From an uncultured Gammaproteobacteria bacterium (GTDB lineage Bacteria > Patescibacteriota > Patescibacteriia > UBA1558 > S5-K13): a stretch of DNA of 64,000 bases. The DNA lies in the NCBI GenBank assembly GCA_964640635.1, contig CAZXFD010000001.1, positions 96,163 through 160,162 of the forward strand, in the 5' to 3' direction. Positions 29,113-38,618 of the stretch are shown here, piece by piece. Position numbers and translations under genes: made by a program. Position 1 is the first letter of the stretch, and every line of letters begins with the position of its first letter. The notes beneath the pieces are model-generated. The model did no database searches. It worked only from the letters and a program-made list of their open reading frames with translations, and was not told the origin of the DNA.

Positions 29113-31638
29113 ATGGACAAAGTTGATTTTTCTAGATTTTCAAAGTTGGATGCAGAAATTTTGGCAAAAGAATTTAAAACAGATCTACAAAATGGATTAA
29201 GTCAAAAAGATGCTACCGAAAAGCTTGTAAATTATGGTCCTAATGAAATAATCCTAAAAAAAAGCAGATGGTATCATATACTATTAAGGCAATTTAAATC
29301 GCCTTTTATTTATTTACTTCTTGGAGCAGTTGTATTAGCCTTTATTTTAAAGGAAATGACGGATGGAATAATGATCCTGATTTTTATATTTATAAATACT
29401 ATTCTGGGTTTTTCTCAAGAATATAAGTCAGAAAAAACATTAGAGCTTCTTAAGAAATATTCGGCATCACTTACAAAAGTTATAAGAGATGGAAAAGAAG
29501 AACTCATAAAATCTCAAGAACTTGTTCCCGGAGATATTATAAGACTTGTAACGGGAGATAAGGTGCCGGCAGATGTGAGATTTTTGGAAACTTATGATCT
29601 TAGTCTTAATGAGTCCGTATTAACGGGAGAATCTATTTCAGTTAAGAAAAACACAGAAATGGATGCAGAGTTTTCAAATATGGCTTTTTCTAGCACGTCT
29701 ATTGTCTCTGGTAGTGCAAAGGCACTTGTTTTATTTACTGGCAAAAAGACTAGAATGGGGGACATTACAAGTTTAGCAGTTGAAACGAAAAGAGTTAGTA
29801 ATTTTGAAAAAGGAATTGCTAAGTTTAGCTCTTTTATATTAAAACTCGTTTCAATCACTCTAGTTGTAATATTGCTAGCAAATATTTTTATAAAAGGAAA
29901 AGAGGCAAATATTGTTGAACTTATTATTTTTTCTATAGCACTTGCGGTAAGTGTTATTCCAGAGGCACTTCCTGTTGTCATGACATTTTCTCTTTCAAAG
30001 GGAGCTCTTCAGTTAGCAAGAAAAAAAGTTGTAGTAAGAAGACTTTCTGCAATAGAAGATTTGGGAGGTATACAAGTTTTGTGTTCTGATAAAACAGGCA
30101 CTCTTACTGAAAATGAGCTTACTGTTGCAAATTATTATAATCCACAGAATAATAATTTAATTTTATATTCTAATCTCGGAACAACATCTGTTTCTAAAGA
30201 TAAACTAGAACCATTTGATATAGCGCTTTGGTCTCAAATGAGCAAGGACAATGAAAATGATTACGATAAATACAGTAGGATATCTGAGTGTCCATTTGAC
30301 CCCAAAAGAAAAATAAATAGCGTTTTGGTTTCTAGTGGCGAAAGGTATGAACTTATTTCTCGTGGTGCTCCTGAAGCAATATTCCAAATATGTAAAATTA
30401 GCAAACAAGAAATAGACAGTATTAATTTATGGATTAAGGAAGAGGGACTTTTGGGTCATAGGGTTTTAGCAATAGCAAAGAAAAAAGTAGTTTTCTCAAA
30501 AAATAAGGACATCAAAGATTATGAAAATAACTTAGAGTGTTTGGGCGTAATATCTTTTGTAGACCCAATAAAACCAACAACAAATGCCGCTATTAAACAA
30601 GCAGAGGAGCTCGGCGTTAAGATAAAAATTATTACAGGAGATAGTCGTGAAGTATCTGGCGCCGTTGGTAAAAAAGTGGGTCTTTTGAAAAATCCAGAAG
30701 ATGTAATTTCTGGAGAGGAGTTTGATGCTTTGGATCAAGGGGGACAATTAGAAGCAATAGATAAATATTCTGTTTTTTGTAGAATTTCGCCAGAACAAAA
30801 ATTTCATATTATTGAACTTTTACAATCAAAATATCAAGTTGGTTTTTTGGGTGAAGGTATAAATGATGCTCCCGCACTCAAGCTTGCAGGAGTTTCAATA
30901 GTTGTGCAAAGTGCATCAGACATATCTAGAGAAAATGCAGATATTGTTTTGTTGAAGAAAAATTTGAAGGTTATTGTAGGCGGGATAAAAGAAGGAAGAG
31001 AAATCTTTGCAAATACAACAAAATACATGAAAACAACGCTCGCTTCAAATTTTGGAAACTTTTATTCAGTTGCTATAGCTTCTCTTTTTATAAAATATTT
31101 ACCAATGTTGCCAATTCAAATATTGCTACTGAATTTATTATCAGACTTTCCAATGATAGCTATCGCAAATGATTCGGTGGATTCTAGCGAAGTGAAAAAG
31201 CCAAGGTTTTATGATATTAGAGAAATGATGCTTTTTTGTACGGTACTGGGTATTGTAAGTTCCCTGTCAGATTTTATTGTGTTTGCATTTTTCTTTCATT
31301 CTCCTGCGCAAGTTTTGCAGACAAATTGGTTTATTTCCAGCATACTTACAGAAATAGTTTTTATATTTTCGATAAGATCAAGGGGTTTATTTTTAAAAGC
31401 AAAATTTCCAGCATTTTCAATGATCATTCTTTCTCTGGCAGCAACTTTTTTGACAATATTGATACCGTTTACAAGGGTTGGCCATTCTTTGTTTAAATTT
31501 ATTAATCCAAGCTTTAATCATCTTATGATTATTTTAGGAATCGTTACTTTTGAGTTTATTTCATCTGAGTTTGTAAAAATTGCTTATTATAAATATATAG
31601 ATAAAAAAAATAATTTACCAGCTCGTATTGCTTCATAA
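29113..31638 (+). CDS. P-type ATPase, Mg2+-transporting (MgtA-like)
   Basis: TGES, PEALP, DKTGTLT, TGD, GINDAPAL, SNFGN..S, PMLPIQILL.NLL. Confidence 0.88.
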   Translation: MDKVDFSRFSKLDAEILAKEFKTDLQNGLSQKDATEKLVNYGPNEIILKKSRWYHILLRQFKSPFIYLLLGAVVLAFILKEMTDGIMILIFIFINTILGFSQEYKSEKTLELLKKYSASLTKVIRDGKEELIKSQELVPGDIIRLVTGDKVPADVRFLETYDLSLNESVLTGESISVKKNTEMDAEFSNMAFSSTSIVSGSAKALVLFTGKKTRMGDITSLAVETKRVSNFEKGIAKFSSFILKLVSITLVVILLANIFIKGKEANIVELIIFSIALAVSVIPEALPVVMTFSLSKGALQLARKKVVVRRLSAIEDLGGIQVLCSDKTGTLTENELTVANYYNPQNNNLILYSNLGTTSVSKDKLEPFDIALWSQMSKDNENDYDKYSRISECPFDPKRKINSVLVSSGERYELISRGAPEAIFQICKISKQEIDSINLWIKEEGLLGHRVLAIAKKKVVFSKNKDIKDYENNLECLGVISFVDPIKPTTNAAIKQAEELGVKIKIITGDSREVSGAVGKKVGLLKNPEDVISGEEFDALDQGGQLEAIDKYSVFCRISPEQKFHIIELLQSKYQVGFLGEGINDAPALKLAGVSIVVQSASDISRENADIVLLKKNLKVIVGGIKEGREIFANTTKYMKTTLASNFGNFYSVAIASLFIKYLPMLPIQILLLNLLSDFPMIAIANDSVDSSEVKKPRFYDIREMMLFCTVLGIVSSLSDFIVFAFFFHSPAQVLQTNWFISSILTEIVFIFSIRSRGLFLKAKFPAFSMIILSLAATFLTILIPFTRVGHSLFKFINPSFNHLMIILGIVTFEFISSEFVKIAYYKYIDKKNNLPARIAS

Positions 31639-31662
31639 AGTATTACGGCGCCAAAAAATAAA

Positions 31663-32142
31663 ATGTTTAAAGCCTTACAAATTGGTTTTAGTTATGGTCT
31701 TAGTTCGGGTGTTATTACGACCCTTGGTCTTATGGTTGGGGTTGCAACAAGTACAAATAGCAAATTAGCGGTCATAGGTTCTATTATTACAATTGCAGTT
31801 GCAGATGCTCTTTCAGACGCACTAGGAATTCATATATCTACAGAATTTTCAGGAGGAAAAGAAACAAAAGAAATTTGGTGGTCAACCTTATTTACATTCT
31901 TGTCTAAATTTATATTTGCAATAATTTTTGTTATTCCCGTTTTGCTTGCCCCCAGTTTATTTTATGCGATGCTTATAAGTATTGTTTTGGGGATTATTAT
32001 ATTGGGTATTTTTAGTTATTTTATGGCAAAACAAAATAAAGCAAATATAAAAAATACAATACTCGAACATATCGCAATGACAATTTTAGTAATAACACTT
32101 TCCTATTTTATAGGTAGGTTAATTAATAATATTTTTGCTTAA
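31663..32142 (+). CDS. VIT1/CCC1-like transporter family protein
   Basis: GLSSGVITTLG, AVADALSDALGIH. Confidence 0.75.
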   Translation: MFKALQIGFSYGLSSGVITTLGLMVGVATSTNSKLAVIGSIITIAVADALSDALGIHISTEFSGGKETKEIWWSTLFTFLSKFIFAIIFVIPVLLAPSLFYAMLISIVLGIIILGIFSYFMAKQNKANIKNTILEHIAMTILVITLSYFIGRLINNIFA

Positions 32143-32255
32143 TAATTTTTGTATTATTATTTTTATAATAAATTACCAATTTGTTGTTTTTGTGCTATAA
32201 TTTTTTATATAAAAAGAAAAGAAAATAATTTTTTTATTTTGTAAAACAAAAAAAT

Positions 32256-34583
32256 ATGTCAACAAAAAAAATAATACAAAAACCAATAGTGAAAGAAGTC
32301 AAAACAAAAAAGCCAACTCAAAAAAAGGTAGCAAAAAAAGTAGTTACAAAAAGATCTACTCCTATAAAACAAAAATTAGATAGAAAAATAAAAAAAGCTG
32401 TTTTTCTTCCAGCTCAAGATGATCCAATTATTACAGCTCCTAAATTAGAAGAGATAATAGAACAAAATTCTACTGAAAAAATTATTTACTCTCCAATAAT
32501 ACCTTCTAAAACAGTAGAAAAGAGTATAGAAGTTCAAAAAATTAATACTGTTTTAGAGTCAAAAAAGAATAATAAAATAAACAGCATTTTCGCATGGCTG
32601 ATTATTCTTTTGTTTGTAGTGGGCGGATATGCCTGGGTTACAAAGAATCAGAGAGAAGTAGCTAGTCACAACAACAATAACGTAATTCAATCAAACAAAG
32701 AATTCGACATAAATCAAATTAAACAATTTGCATCTGTAGAGGAATTTAAAAGTTATTTAGCAAAATCTCCACAAGGACAATACGGACAATTTTTGAATGC
32801 TATTGATTCGAGAGAAGTATCTAAAAAGGTTTTAACAACGGTTAGTTCAGATGAAGCATCTTCTGGAGTAATTTCTTCTCCTCAAGTAGCTGAAACCGAA
32901 TTAATAGATAGGGTATCTAATACCAATACACAAGTATTAAATATTGATGAACCAGATATTGTAAAAACAGATGGAGAAAATATTTATTTATCTTCAAATC
33001 AATTTAATATATTTAGATCTGAGCCAGGAATAATGTCTGAAAAAATGATGATTATGCCTCCTTATGATAATGGTGCTAGCGTCAAAATTATTAATGCACT
33101 TCCAATCAAAGACGCAAAGGTTTTGTCAGAGATAAAGCAATCTGGAGAAATGTTTGTGGGTAATGGGATATTGGTAGTTTTCTCTACAAGTGATGTATAT
33201 GGATATGATATAAGTGATCCAAAAAATCCACAAGAAAAGTGGCGTATAAAATTAGAAGACAATACTTATATAATGGATTCAAGATTGTATGGGGATAAAA
33301 TTTATCTTGTATTATCAAATTTTATAAATAATATAAATCCTTGTCCTATCAGACCACTTAGTATCAATTCTACGTCTCTTGAAATAACATGTAGTGATAT
33401 TTATCACCCTGAAATGCCACTTCAAACAGATTCTATTTTTACAGCACTCAAAATAGATATTAGCTCAGGAAGCGTTCTAAATAAAACATCTTTTGTCGGA
33501 TCTCGTGAGTCTTCAAATATATATATGTCTCAAAATGCTTTGTATATTTCTTATTTTTATACAGTTGATAATGTTAAATTCTTTTATGATTTTTTAAACG
33601 CTAAAGCTACGGATTTATTTCCAGAGACGGTATCTTCTAAAGTCGAAAAACTAATTTCTTATGACATAAGCTATGAGGCAAAATCAATAGAGTTATCAAG
33701 CATTATCTCAAATTATTATGCAAGTTTAGATGGTGATGAAAGACTTAGAATAGAAAATGAGCTTACAAATAGAATGTCTAGTTATTATGAGCTAGAAATG
33801 AGGCAATTAGAGAAAACGGGTATAATGAAAATTTCTTTAACAGATTTAAAAATTATTGCAGGTGGTGCTGTTCCTGGAAAACTTTTGAACCAATTTTCAA
33901 TGGATGAGTACAGTGACAATCTAAGAATTGCTACGACAATAGGTCAAAATTCTTGGTATTATTTTGGCAACATAAGTCCAAAAAGTGCCAATGATGTTTA
34001 TGTTTTAGATAGTAAGTTAGATAGAGTTTCTTCTGTGATGAATTTAGGCAGAGAAGAAAAAATTTATTCTGTAAGATTTTTAGGAGATAGAGGATATGTT
34101 GTTACCTTTAAACAAGTGGATCCTTTTTATGTTATTGACCTAACAGATCCAAAAAATATTAACTTAAAGGGAGAGTTAAAAATTCCTGGATATTCATCTT
34201 ATCTACACCCCATTTCCGACAACATTATACTTGGTATAGGAAAAGAAGAACAAAATGTAAAAATTTCTATGTTTGATGTCTCTGATCCTACAAATCCCAA
34301 GGAAATAGATACATATATGCTAAATGAATATTGGACTGAAGTAAAAAATAATCATCGTGCATTTTTACTAGATAGAGAAAATAATATATTTTTTATGCCA
34401 GCCTCAAATGGTGCTTATGTTTTCGGATATGAAAATAATGAGTTAAAGCTTCTAAAGGCAATATCTGAAAATGCTATAAAAAGGGCTGTATATATAAACA
34501 ATTACCTATATGTTTTAAGCGATAATGTGATGATTATATACGATGAAGCGGACTGGAAAGAATTAAATAGATTAGAATTATAG
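32256..34583 (+). CDS. Membrane-anchored beta-propeller domain protein
   Basis: SNTNTQV.NIDEPDIVKTDG, LLNQFSMDE, VTFKQVDPF, GELKIPGYSSYLHP. Confidence 0.85.
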   Translation: MSTKKIIQKPIVKEVKTKKPTQKKVAKKVVTKRSTPIKQKLDRKIKKAVFLPAQDDPIITAPKLEEIIEQNSTEKIIYSPIIPSKTVEKSIEVQKINTVLESKKNNKINSIFAWLIILLFVVGGYAWVTKNQREVASHNNNNVIQSNKEFDINQIKQFASVEEFKSYLAKSPQGQYGQFLNAIDSREVSKKVLTTVSSDEASSGVISSPQVAETELIDRVSNTNTQVLNIDEPDIVKTDGENIYLSSNQFNIFRSEPGIMSEKMMIMPPYDNGASVKIINALPIKDAKVLSEIKQSGEMFVGNGILVVFSTSDVYGYDISDPKNPQEKWRIKLEDNTYIMDSRLYGDKIYLVLSNFINNINPCPIRPLSINSTSLEITCSDIYHPEMPLQTDSIFTALKIDISSGSVLNKTSFVGSRESSNIYMSQNALYISYFYTVDNVKFFYDFLNAKATDLFPETVSSKVEKLISYDISYEAKSIELSSIISNYYASLDGDERLRIENELTNRMSSYYELEMRQLEKTGIMKISLTDLKIIAGGAVPGKLLNQFSMDEYSDNLRIATTIGQNSWYYFGNISPKSANDVYVLDSKLDRVSSVMNLGREEKIYSVRFLGDRGYVVTFKQVDPFYVIDLTDPKNINLKGELKIPGYSSYLHPISDNIILGIGKEEQNVKISMFDVSDPTNPKEIDTYMLNEYWTEVKNNHRAFLLDRENNIFFMPASNGAYVFGYENNELKLLKAISENAIKRAVYINNYLYVLSDNVMIIYDEADWKELNRLEL

Positions 34584-34691
34584 CCCCCCACTCATATAAA
34601 AATTGCATCAGATATTCATTTTTATACTAAAAAACACAGTTTTTTTATGAAAATTGTGTTTTTTTTATATTATTTTTATATGAGTGGGGGG
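34584..34691. repeat. 108-bp element with perfect 20-bp terminal inverted repeats (MITE-like)
   Basis: CCCCCCACTCATATAAAAAT (34584-34603) / ATTTTTATATGAGTGGGGGG (34672-34691), with an internal terminator-like hairpin. Confidence 0.65.
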
Positions 34692-34697
34692 GGCTGG

Positions 34698-34726
34698 TTG
34701 ACAATTTTTGTTTGATTGTATATAAT
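34698..34726 (+). promoter_or_regulatory. Consensus sigma70 promoter of the secE-nusG-rplK operon
   Basis: TTGACA-17 nt-TATAAT. Confidence 0.85.
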
Positions 34727-34778
34727 ATTTATAAGTTATAGTTTGTGGACTATAGTATTTTTATTATTAAGAGATTTT

Positions 34779-34970
34779 ATGATAAACAAAATAAAGCAAT
34801 ATTTCATAGATTCAATCAACGAATTAAAGAAAGTAATCTGGCCAACAAAAAAAGAAACTATCAAAAAAACATCCCAAGTGATTTTTTTTAGTTTTTTCGT
34901 TGCTATTTTCTTGGGATTGATAGACTATGGACTTACAAAACTTTTAGAAAAATTTGTTTTATACAGATAA
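34779..34970 (+). CDS. secE: Preprotein translocase subunit SecE
   Basis: ELKKVIWPTKKE then TM; precedes nusG; ATG 34779. Confidence 0.93.
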   Translation: MINKIKQYFIDSINELKKVIWPTKKETIKKTSQVIFFSFFVAIFLGLIDYGLTKLLEKFVLYR

Positions 34971-34988
34971 AAAAATAAACAAAATAAA

Positions 34989-35534
34989 ATGTCAAAGCAA
35001 AATGAAAATTTGGGCCTAAGATGGTATGTTTTACATACTTATTCTGGATATGAAGAAAATGTCAAGAGAAATTTGGAGCAAAGGATAGAATCAATGAATA
35101 TGCAGGATAGTATTTTGGAGGTTTTGATACCAACTGAAACCAAAATTAAAATTAAAAACGGAAAGAGAAAGACGATAAGAGAAAAGATTTTTCCAGGCTA
35201 TGTCTTGGTAAATATGCTGGTTACAGATGAATCTTGGTATGTTGTAAGAAATACACCAAATGTTACTGGTTTTATTGGAACAGGAACAATTCCTACTCCT
35301 ATGACAGAGGAAGAAATCAAATCATTACAGAAAAGAATGGGTGTTGAGGAGCCAGAATACAAGATTGATGTTGAAAAAGGTGATACCGTTAGAATAGTAG
35401 ATGGTCCTTTCAAAGAATTCGAAGGTAAGGTTGCAAGCATTGACCAAAATCATGGAAAAATCAAGGTTCTTGTTTCAATGTTTGGAAGAGAAACTCCTGT
35501 TGAATTAGATTTTTTACAAATCAAAAAAGGATAA
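34989..35534 (+). CDS. nusG: Transcription termination/antitermination factor NusG
   Basis: WYVLHTYSGYE, FPGYVLV, KOW DGPF, FGRETPVEL. Confidence 0.97.
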   Translation: MSKQNENLGLRWYVLHTYSGYEENVKRNLEQRIESMNMQDSILEVLIPTETKIKIKNGKRKTIREKIFPGYVLVNMLVTDESWYVVRNTPNVTGFIGTGTIPTPMTEEEIKSLQKRMGVEEPEYKIDVEKGDTVRIVDGPFKEFEGKVASIDQNHGKIKVLVSMFGRETPVELDFLQIKKG

Positions 35535-35662
35535 TAATTTTTTACTTATCTACTCCCGCTTTGGTGGTGTAGGCTTCTTAGATAAGTATTATGAATTTAA
35601 ATATTGAATAGTAAATAGAAATTCAATTGAAAATTAAAAATGGAAAATAGAAAGTTAATTAT

Positions 35663-36085
35663 ATGGCAAAAAAAATAAAGACAACTCTGAAATTACAAAT
35701 TATGGGTGGTAAAGCAAATCCAGCTCCACCAGTAGGACCAGCACTTGGTCAACACGGTGTAAATATTCAGGAATTCTGTACAAAATTTAATGATGCAACG
35801 CAAGATAAAATGGGAGAACTTACTCCAGTTGTAATAACTGTTTATCAAGACACATCATTTTCATTTGTTTTAAAAACCCCTCCTGCATCTGAGCTTATAA
35901 AAAAGGCAGCAGGAATTACAAAGGGTTCTTCAAATGCGCTTACAACAAAAGTAGGAACACTTACAAAAGATCAGTGTAGAGAAATAGCAACAAAGAAGAT
36001 GGAAGATCTAAACGCATATGACGTAGAAGCAGCTGCAAAAATCATAGAAGGCACAGCAAGACAAATGGGTGTAAAAGTTGAGTAA
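35663..36085 (+). CDS. rplK: 50S ribosomal protein L11
   Basis: [22 protein letters not shown]. Confidence 0.98.
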   Translation: MAKKIKTTLKLQIMGGKANPAPPVGPALGQHGVNIQEFCTKFNDATQDKMGELTPVVITVYQDTSFSFVLKTPPASELIKKAAGITKGSSNALTTKVGTLTKDQCREIATKKMEDLNAYDVEAAAKIIEGTARQMGVKVE

Positions 36086-36178
36086 GATTAGTAGGATTAG
36101 GAAATTAGTAAGACTAGGTCTTATAATCGAGCTATTTAAAAGCCATCCTAATCTCCTAATATTCCTAATTTCCTAATC
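36086..36178. repeat. Inverted short tandem repeat tract (ATTAGGA / TCCTAAT units)
   Basis: GATTAGTAGGATTAGGAAATTAGTAAG ... TCCTAATCTCCTAATATTCCTAATTTCCTAATC. Confidence 0.7.
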
Positions 36179-36186
36179 ATAAATAT

Positions 36187-36606
36187 ATGACAAAGATACC
36201 TTGGGTTAGAATAGTTTATCTGTATCTTATGACAGCGATTGGCCTAATAGTTTTTATTATAGGGTCAGTGACTATCGTAAATACGGGTTTAAAGGCTTTT
36301 GTTTTTACAAAGGCTGATATGAATTACGGTAGTGGGCCAAGTGAGATATACATGCAAAAAACAGTAGATCAGGCTCAAACATTATCAACATGTGATAAAT
36401 TAACAGAATCTGAGAGAGCAAGTATAGCAATGTGGCTAACCGACTATAAGGTTTGGCAGGAAACTCAGAAAAATCAAAACCCAGCTACATCAAATAGACA
36501 AAGAGAGGCAGCAACTGCTATTGCTATGATATTAGTAGGTTTTCCAGTATATTTTATACATTGGAGAATTATACAAAAAGAAAAACATGGTGAAGAATTA
36601 GTTTAA
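36187..36606 (+). CDS. Two-TM hypothetical protein (DUF5671-like) between rplK and rplA
   Basis: RIVYLYL..IGL and A.ILVG.PVY..HW pattern. Confidence 0.7.
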   Translation: MTKIPWVRIVYLYLMTAIGLIVFIIGSVTIVNTGLKAFVFTKADMNYGSGPSEIYMQKTVDQAQTLSTCDKLTESERASIAMWLTDYKVWQETQKNQNPATSNRQREAATAIAMILVGFPVYFIHWRIIQKEKHGEELV

Positions 36607-36616
36607 TATAGATAAT

Positions 36617-36673
36617 GAGGGACCTTTCATCTTTTATGGTGAGGGGGTTAATACCTCAAAAGAAAGGACCCAC
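36617..36673 (+). promoter_or_regulatory. Possible L1-binding autoregulatory leader of rplA
   Basis: GGGACCTTTC...GAAAGGACCC stem with asymmetric loop just upstream of rplA; resemblance only. Confidence 0.35.
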
Positions 36674-36696
36674 GCTACGGCGGGGTAAAGAATTAT

Positions 36697-37374
36697 ATGG
36701 CAAAAGTGTCAAAAAGAATGAAAGCAATAAGAGAAAAAGTAGATAGTAAGAAAGTTTATTCTCTTGAAGAGGGTGTAAAAGTTTTAAAAGAAACATCAAG
36801 TGTAAAATTTGATTCTTCTGTTGAAGTTCATATTGCTCTTGGAATAGATCCAAAAAAAGGTGATCAAATTGTAAGATCTACAGTTGTTCTTCCAAACGGA
36901 AATGGAAAGACAAAAAGAGTCGCTGCTTTTACAACATTTGTTAAAGAGGCAAAGGAAGCTGGTGCAGACATAATCGGAGATGAAGAATTTATGGCTGAAA
37001 TCAAAAAAACAGGTAAATGTGATTTTGATGTAGCAGTAGCAACACCTGAAATAATGCCAAAGCTTGCTGTTATTGCAAAGATTCTTGGTCAAAAGGGTCT
37101 TATGCCTAATCCAAAAAGTGGAACAATATCTCCTGATGTAAAGAAAATGATTGAAGAAATTAAAAAAGGAAAAGAAACCTTTAAAAATGATGATAGTGCA
37201 AATGTTCATTTATCAGTTGGAAAAATAAGCTTTGATGATGCTAAACTTATTGAAAATATTAATGTTTTTGTTGATGCAGTTAAAAAAGCAAAGCCAGTTG
37301 GATACAAAGGAACTTATATAAGAACTATCGCAATATCTTCAACGATGGGACCTGGACTTAAGGTTAGTGTATAA
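36697..37374 (+). CDS. rplA: 50S ribosomal protein L1
   Basis: KFDSSVE, LPNG.GK, LG.KGLMPNPKSGT, SSTMGPG. Confidence 0.98.
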   Translation: MAKVSKRMKAIREKVDSKKVYSLEEGVKVLKETSSVKFDSSVEVHIALGIDPKKGDQIVRSTVVLPNGNGKTKRVAAFTTFVKEAKEAGADIIGDEEFMAEIKKTGKCDFDVAVATPEIMPKLAVIAKILGQKGLMPNPKSGTISPDVKKMIEEIKKGKETFKNDDSANVHLSVGKISFDDAKLIENINVFVDAVKKAKPVGYKGTYIRTIAISSTMGPGLKVSV

Positions 37375-37397
37375 TATTTGTTTATACTTATATAAAG

Positions 37398-37432
37398 AAA
37401 AACACCCGCGCATTACACGCAGGTGTTTTTTT
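37398..37432. terminator. Bidirectional terminator after rplA
   Basis: AAAAACACC-CGCG..CGCA-GGTGTTTTT. Confidence 0.7.
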
Positions 37433-37441
37433 GTTAAATAG

Positions 37442-37876
37442 TTATTCAGGCGTTTTTATTCCCGCTTCTTTAATCGCGGGGCAGTCTCTTACAGTGTCTA
37501 ATATAAATTGTAATTTTGTTTTGTTTTCTAATAAAAGTCTTTTTCCCATTATTATATGCGTTGCCGAACAAGGGGAATTGATTTTAGAAAACTGAGCCAT
37601 ATCGAGAATTTTCATTGTATTGGGATCAACTGGAATACTCCATTGTTTTCCCGATACTTTTTTAGCATAGACACTTTCTTTCGACCACGTCTGATAGAGT
37701 ATTTCGAGACTATCGTATTGAGCAGAGCTAAGTTCCCACTCTGTAATACCAAGGATGAATGCATTAGTGCGTGTGTTTTCAATGCGTACGCCTTTATAAT
37801 AAAAGGTATCTCTTTGAGTACATCCAGTTATGATCGTTAACATGACGATCAATGCAAGAAATATCATTTTTATCAT
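37442..37876 (-). CDS. Hypothetical lipoprotein
   Basis: Signal peptide with ITGC lipobox; AGGAGG SD; own promoter. Confidence 0.7.
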   Translation of the reverse strand: MIKMIFLALIVMLTIITGCTQRDTFYYKGVRIENTRTNAFILGITEWELSSAQYDSLEILYQTWSKESVYAKKVSGKQWSIPVDPNTMKILDMAQFSKINSPCSATHIIMGKRLLLENKTKLQFILDTVRDCPAIKEAGIKTPE

Positions 37877-37937
37877 TTTTCCTCCTGAAAAAATATTATT
37901 TTATTTACTAAATTCTCTATTTTATTAAGAATATATT

Positions 37938-37983
37938 ATAATAGCATATATGTAATATTGTGTCAAGTGTTAATTGTGGATAA
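37938..37983 (-). promoter_or_regulatory. sigma70 promoter with upstream DnaA box
   Basis: Minus TTGACA(37961-66)-17 nt-TATTAT with extended TG; TGTGGATAA at 37975-37983. Confidence 0.65.
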
Positions 37984-38035
37984 CTTATTATGGGACCTGG
38001 ACCTAAAGTTAGTGTATAACATATTTCAAATGTTT

Positions 38036-38064
38036 GGGGCCTGACCCTTTTGGGGTCAGGCCCC
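38036..38064. terminator. Strong GC hairpin (terminator or REP-like) after the rplA-end duplicate
   Basis: GGGGCCTGACCC-TTTTG-GGGTCAGGCCCC, perfect 12-bp stem, followed by TTTGTTTTT. Confidence 0.7.
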
Positions 38065-38138
38065 TTTGTTTTTGGACTTGACCTTTTTTAAAAAGTCTGC
38101 TATATTCTGTTTAATAAAATAAAAAAGTGGAGGATACA

Positions 38139-38411
38139 ATGCTTACACACCAAGAAATTAAAAGCAAAATTACCCTGGAAAATGCTGATTCTAGCTGTTC
38201 CAGAGGTATGACAGTTACCAACTGTGTCGTGCTGGAGAGTGTTGAAGATATAAGCGGACATGACCTTGCTTATGTGCTGTCACAAGAATATCAGGACTGT
38301 TTTTGTATGTCTGCCCGGGAAGCCTATTTTCTTTTAAGAGTGGGCGCAGATACACAAAAACTTTACACGTATTTCACGTTAATTCAGCTTTGCGACAAAA
38401 AAGTCGCATAA
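38139..38411 (+). CDS. Small Cys-containing hypothetical protein
   Basis: GGAGG SD before ATG 38139; promoter TTGACC(38078)-17 nt-TATATT; downstream terminator AGGCCAT..ATGGCCTTTTTT. Confidence 0.6.
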   Translation: MLTHQEIKSKITLENADSSCSRGMTVTNCVVLESVEDISGHDLAYVLSQEYQDCFCMSAREAYFLLRVGADTQKLYTYFTLIQLCDKKVA

Positions 38412-38487
38412 CACAAACCCTCATTTATAGGCCATAGCAACATGGCCTTTTTTGTTTGCCATAGTTTCAAATTATTGATAAAATATT

Positions 38488-38606
38488 GTTAGCTACTTAG
38501 CGTGTTAGTTTCGTAGCTGCGTAGTTACGCAGCCTATTAGCTTCGTAGTTATATTATTATTTAATAATTGAATTTGGTTAAGAAACTACGTAGCTAATTA
38601 GCTAAT
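38488..38606. repeat. Degenerate 8-nt tandem repeat tract (TAGCTACG/TAGTTTCG) in inverted arrangement
   Basis: TAGCTACT TAGCGTGT TAGTTTCG TAGCTGCG TAGTTACG ... AACTACGTAGCTAATTAGCTA; same family at 48743-48847. Confidence 0.65.
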
Positions 38607-38618
38607 CAAACTAATAAC

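Larger units (their letters stand above)
37345..38019. mobile_element. Mini-island flanked by direct repeats of the rplA 3' end
   Basis: ATGGGACCTGGACTTAAGGTTAGTGTATAA (37345-37374) vs ATGGGACCTGGACCTAAAGTTAGTGTATAA (37990-38019), 28/30 identical. Confidence 0.65.

Noticed and set aside
34727-34778. tRNA-Trp often found upstream of secE
   Set aside because: No cloverleaf or T-loop motif; the gap is only about 50 AT-rich nt
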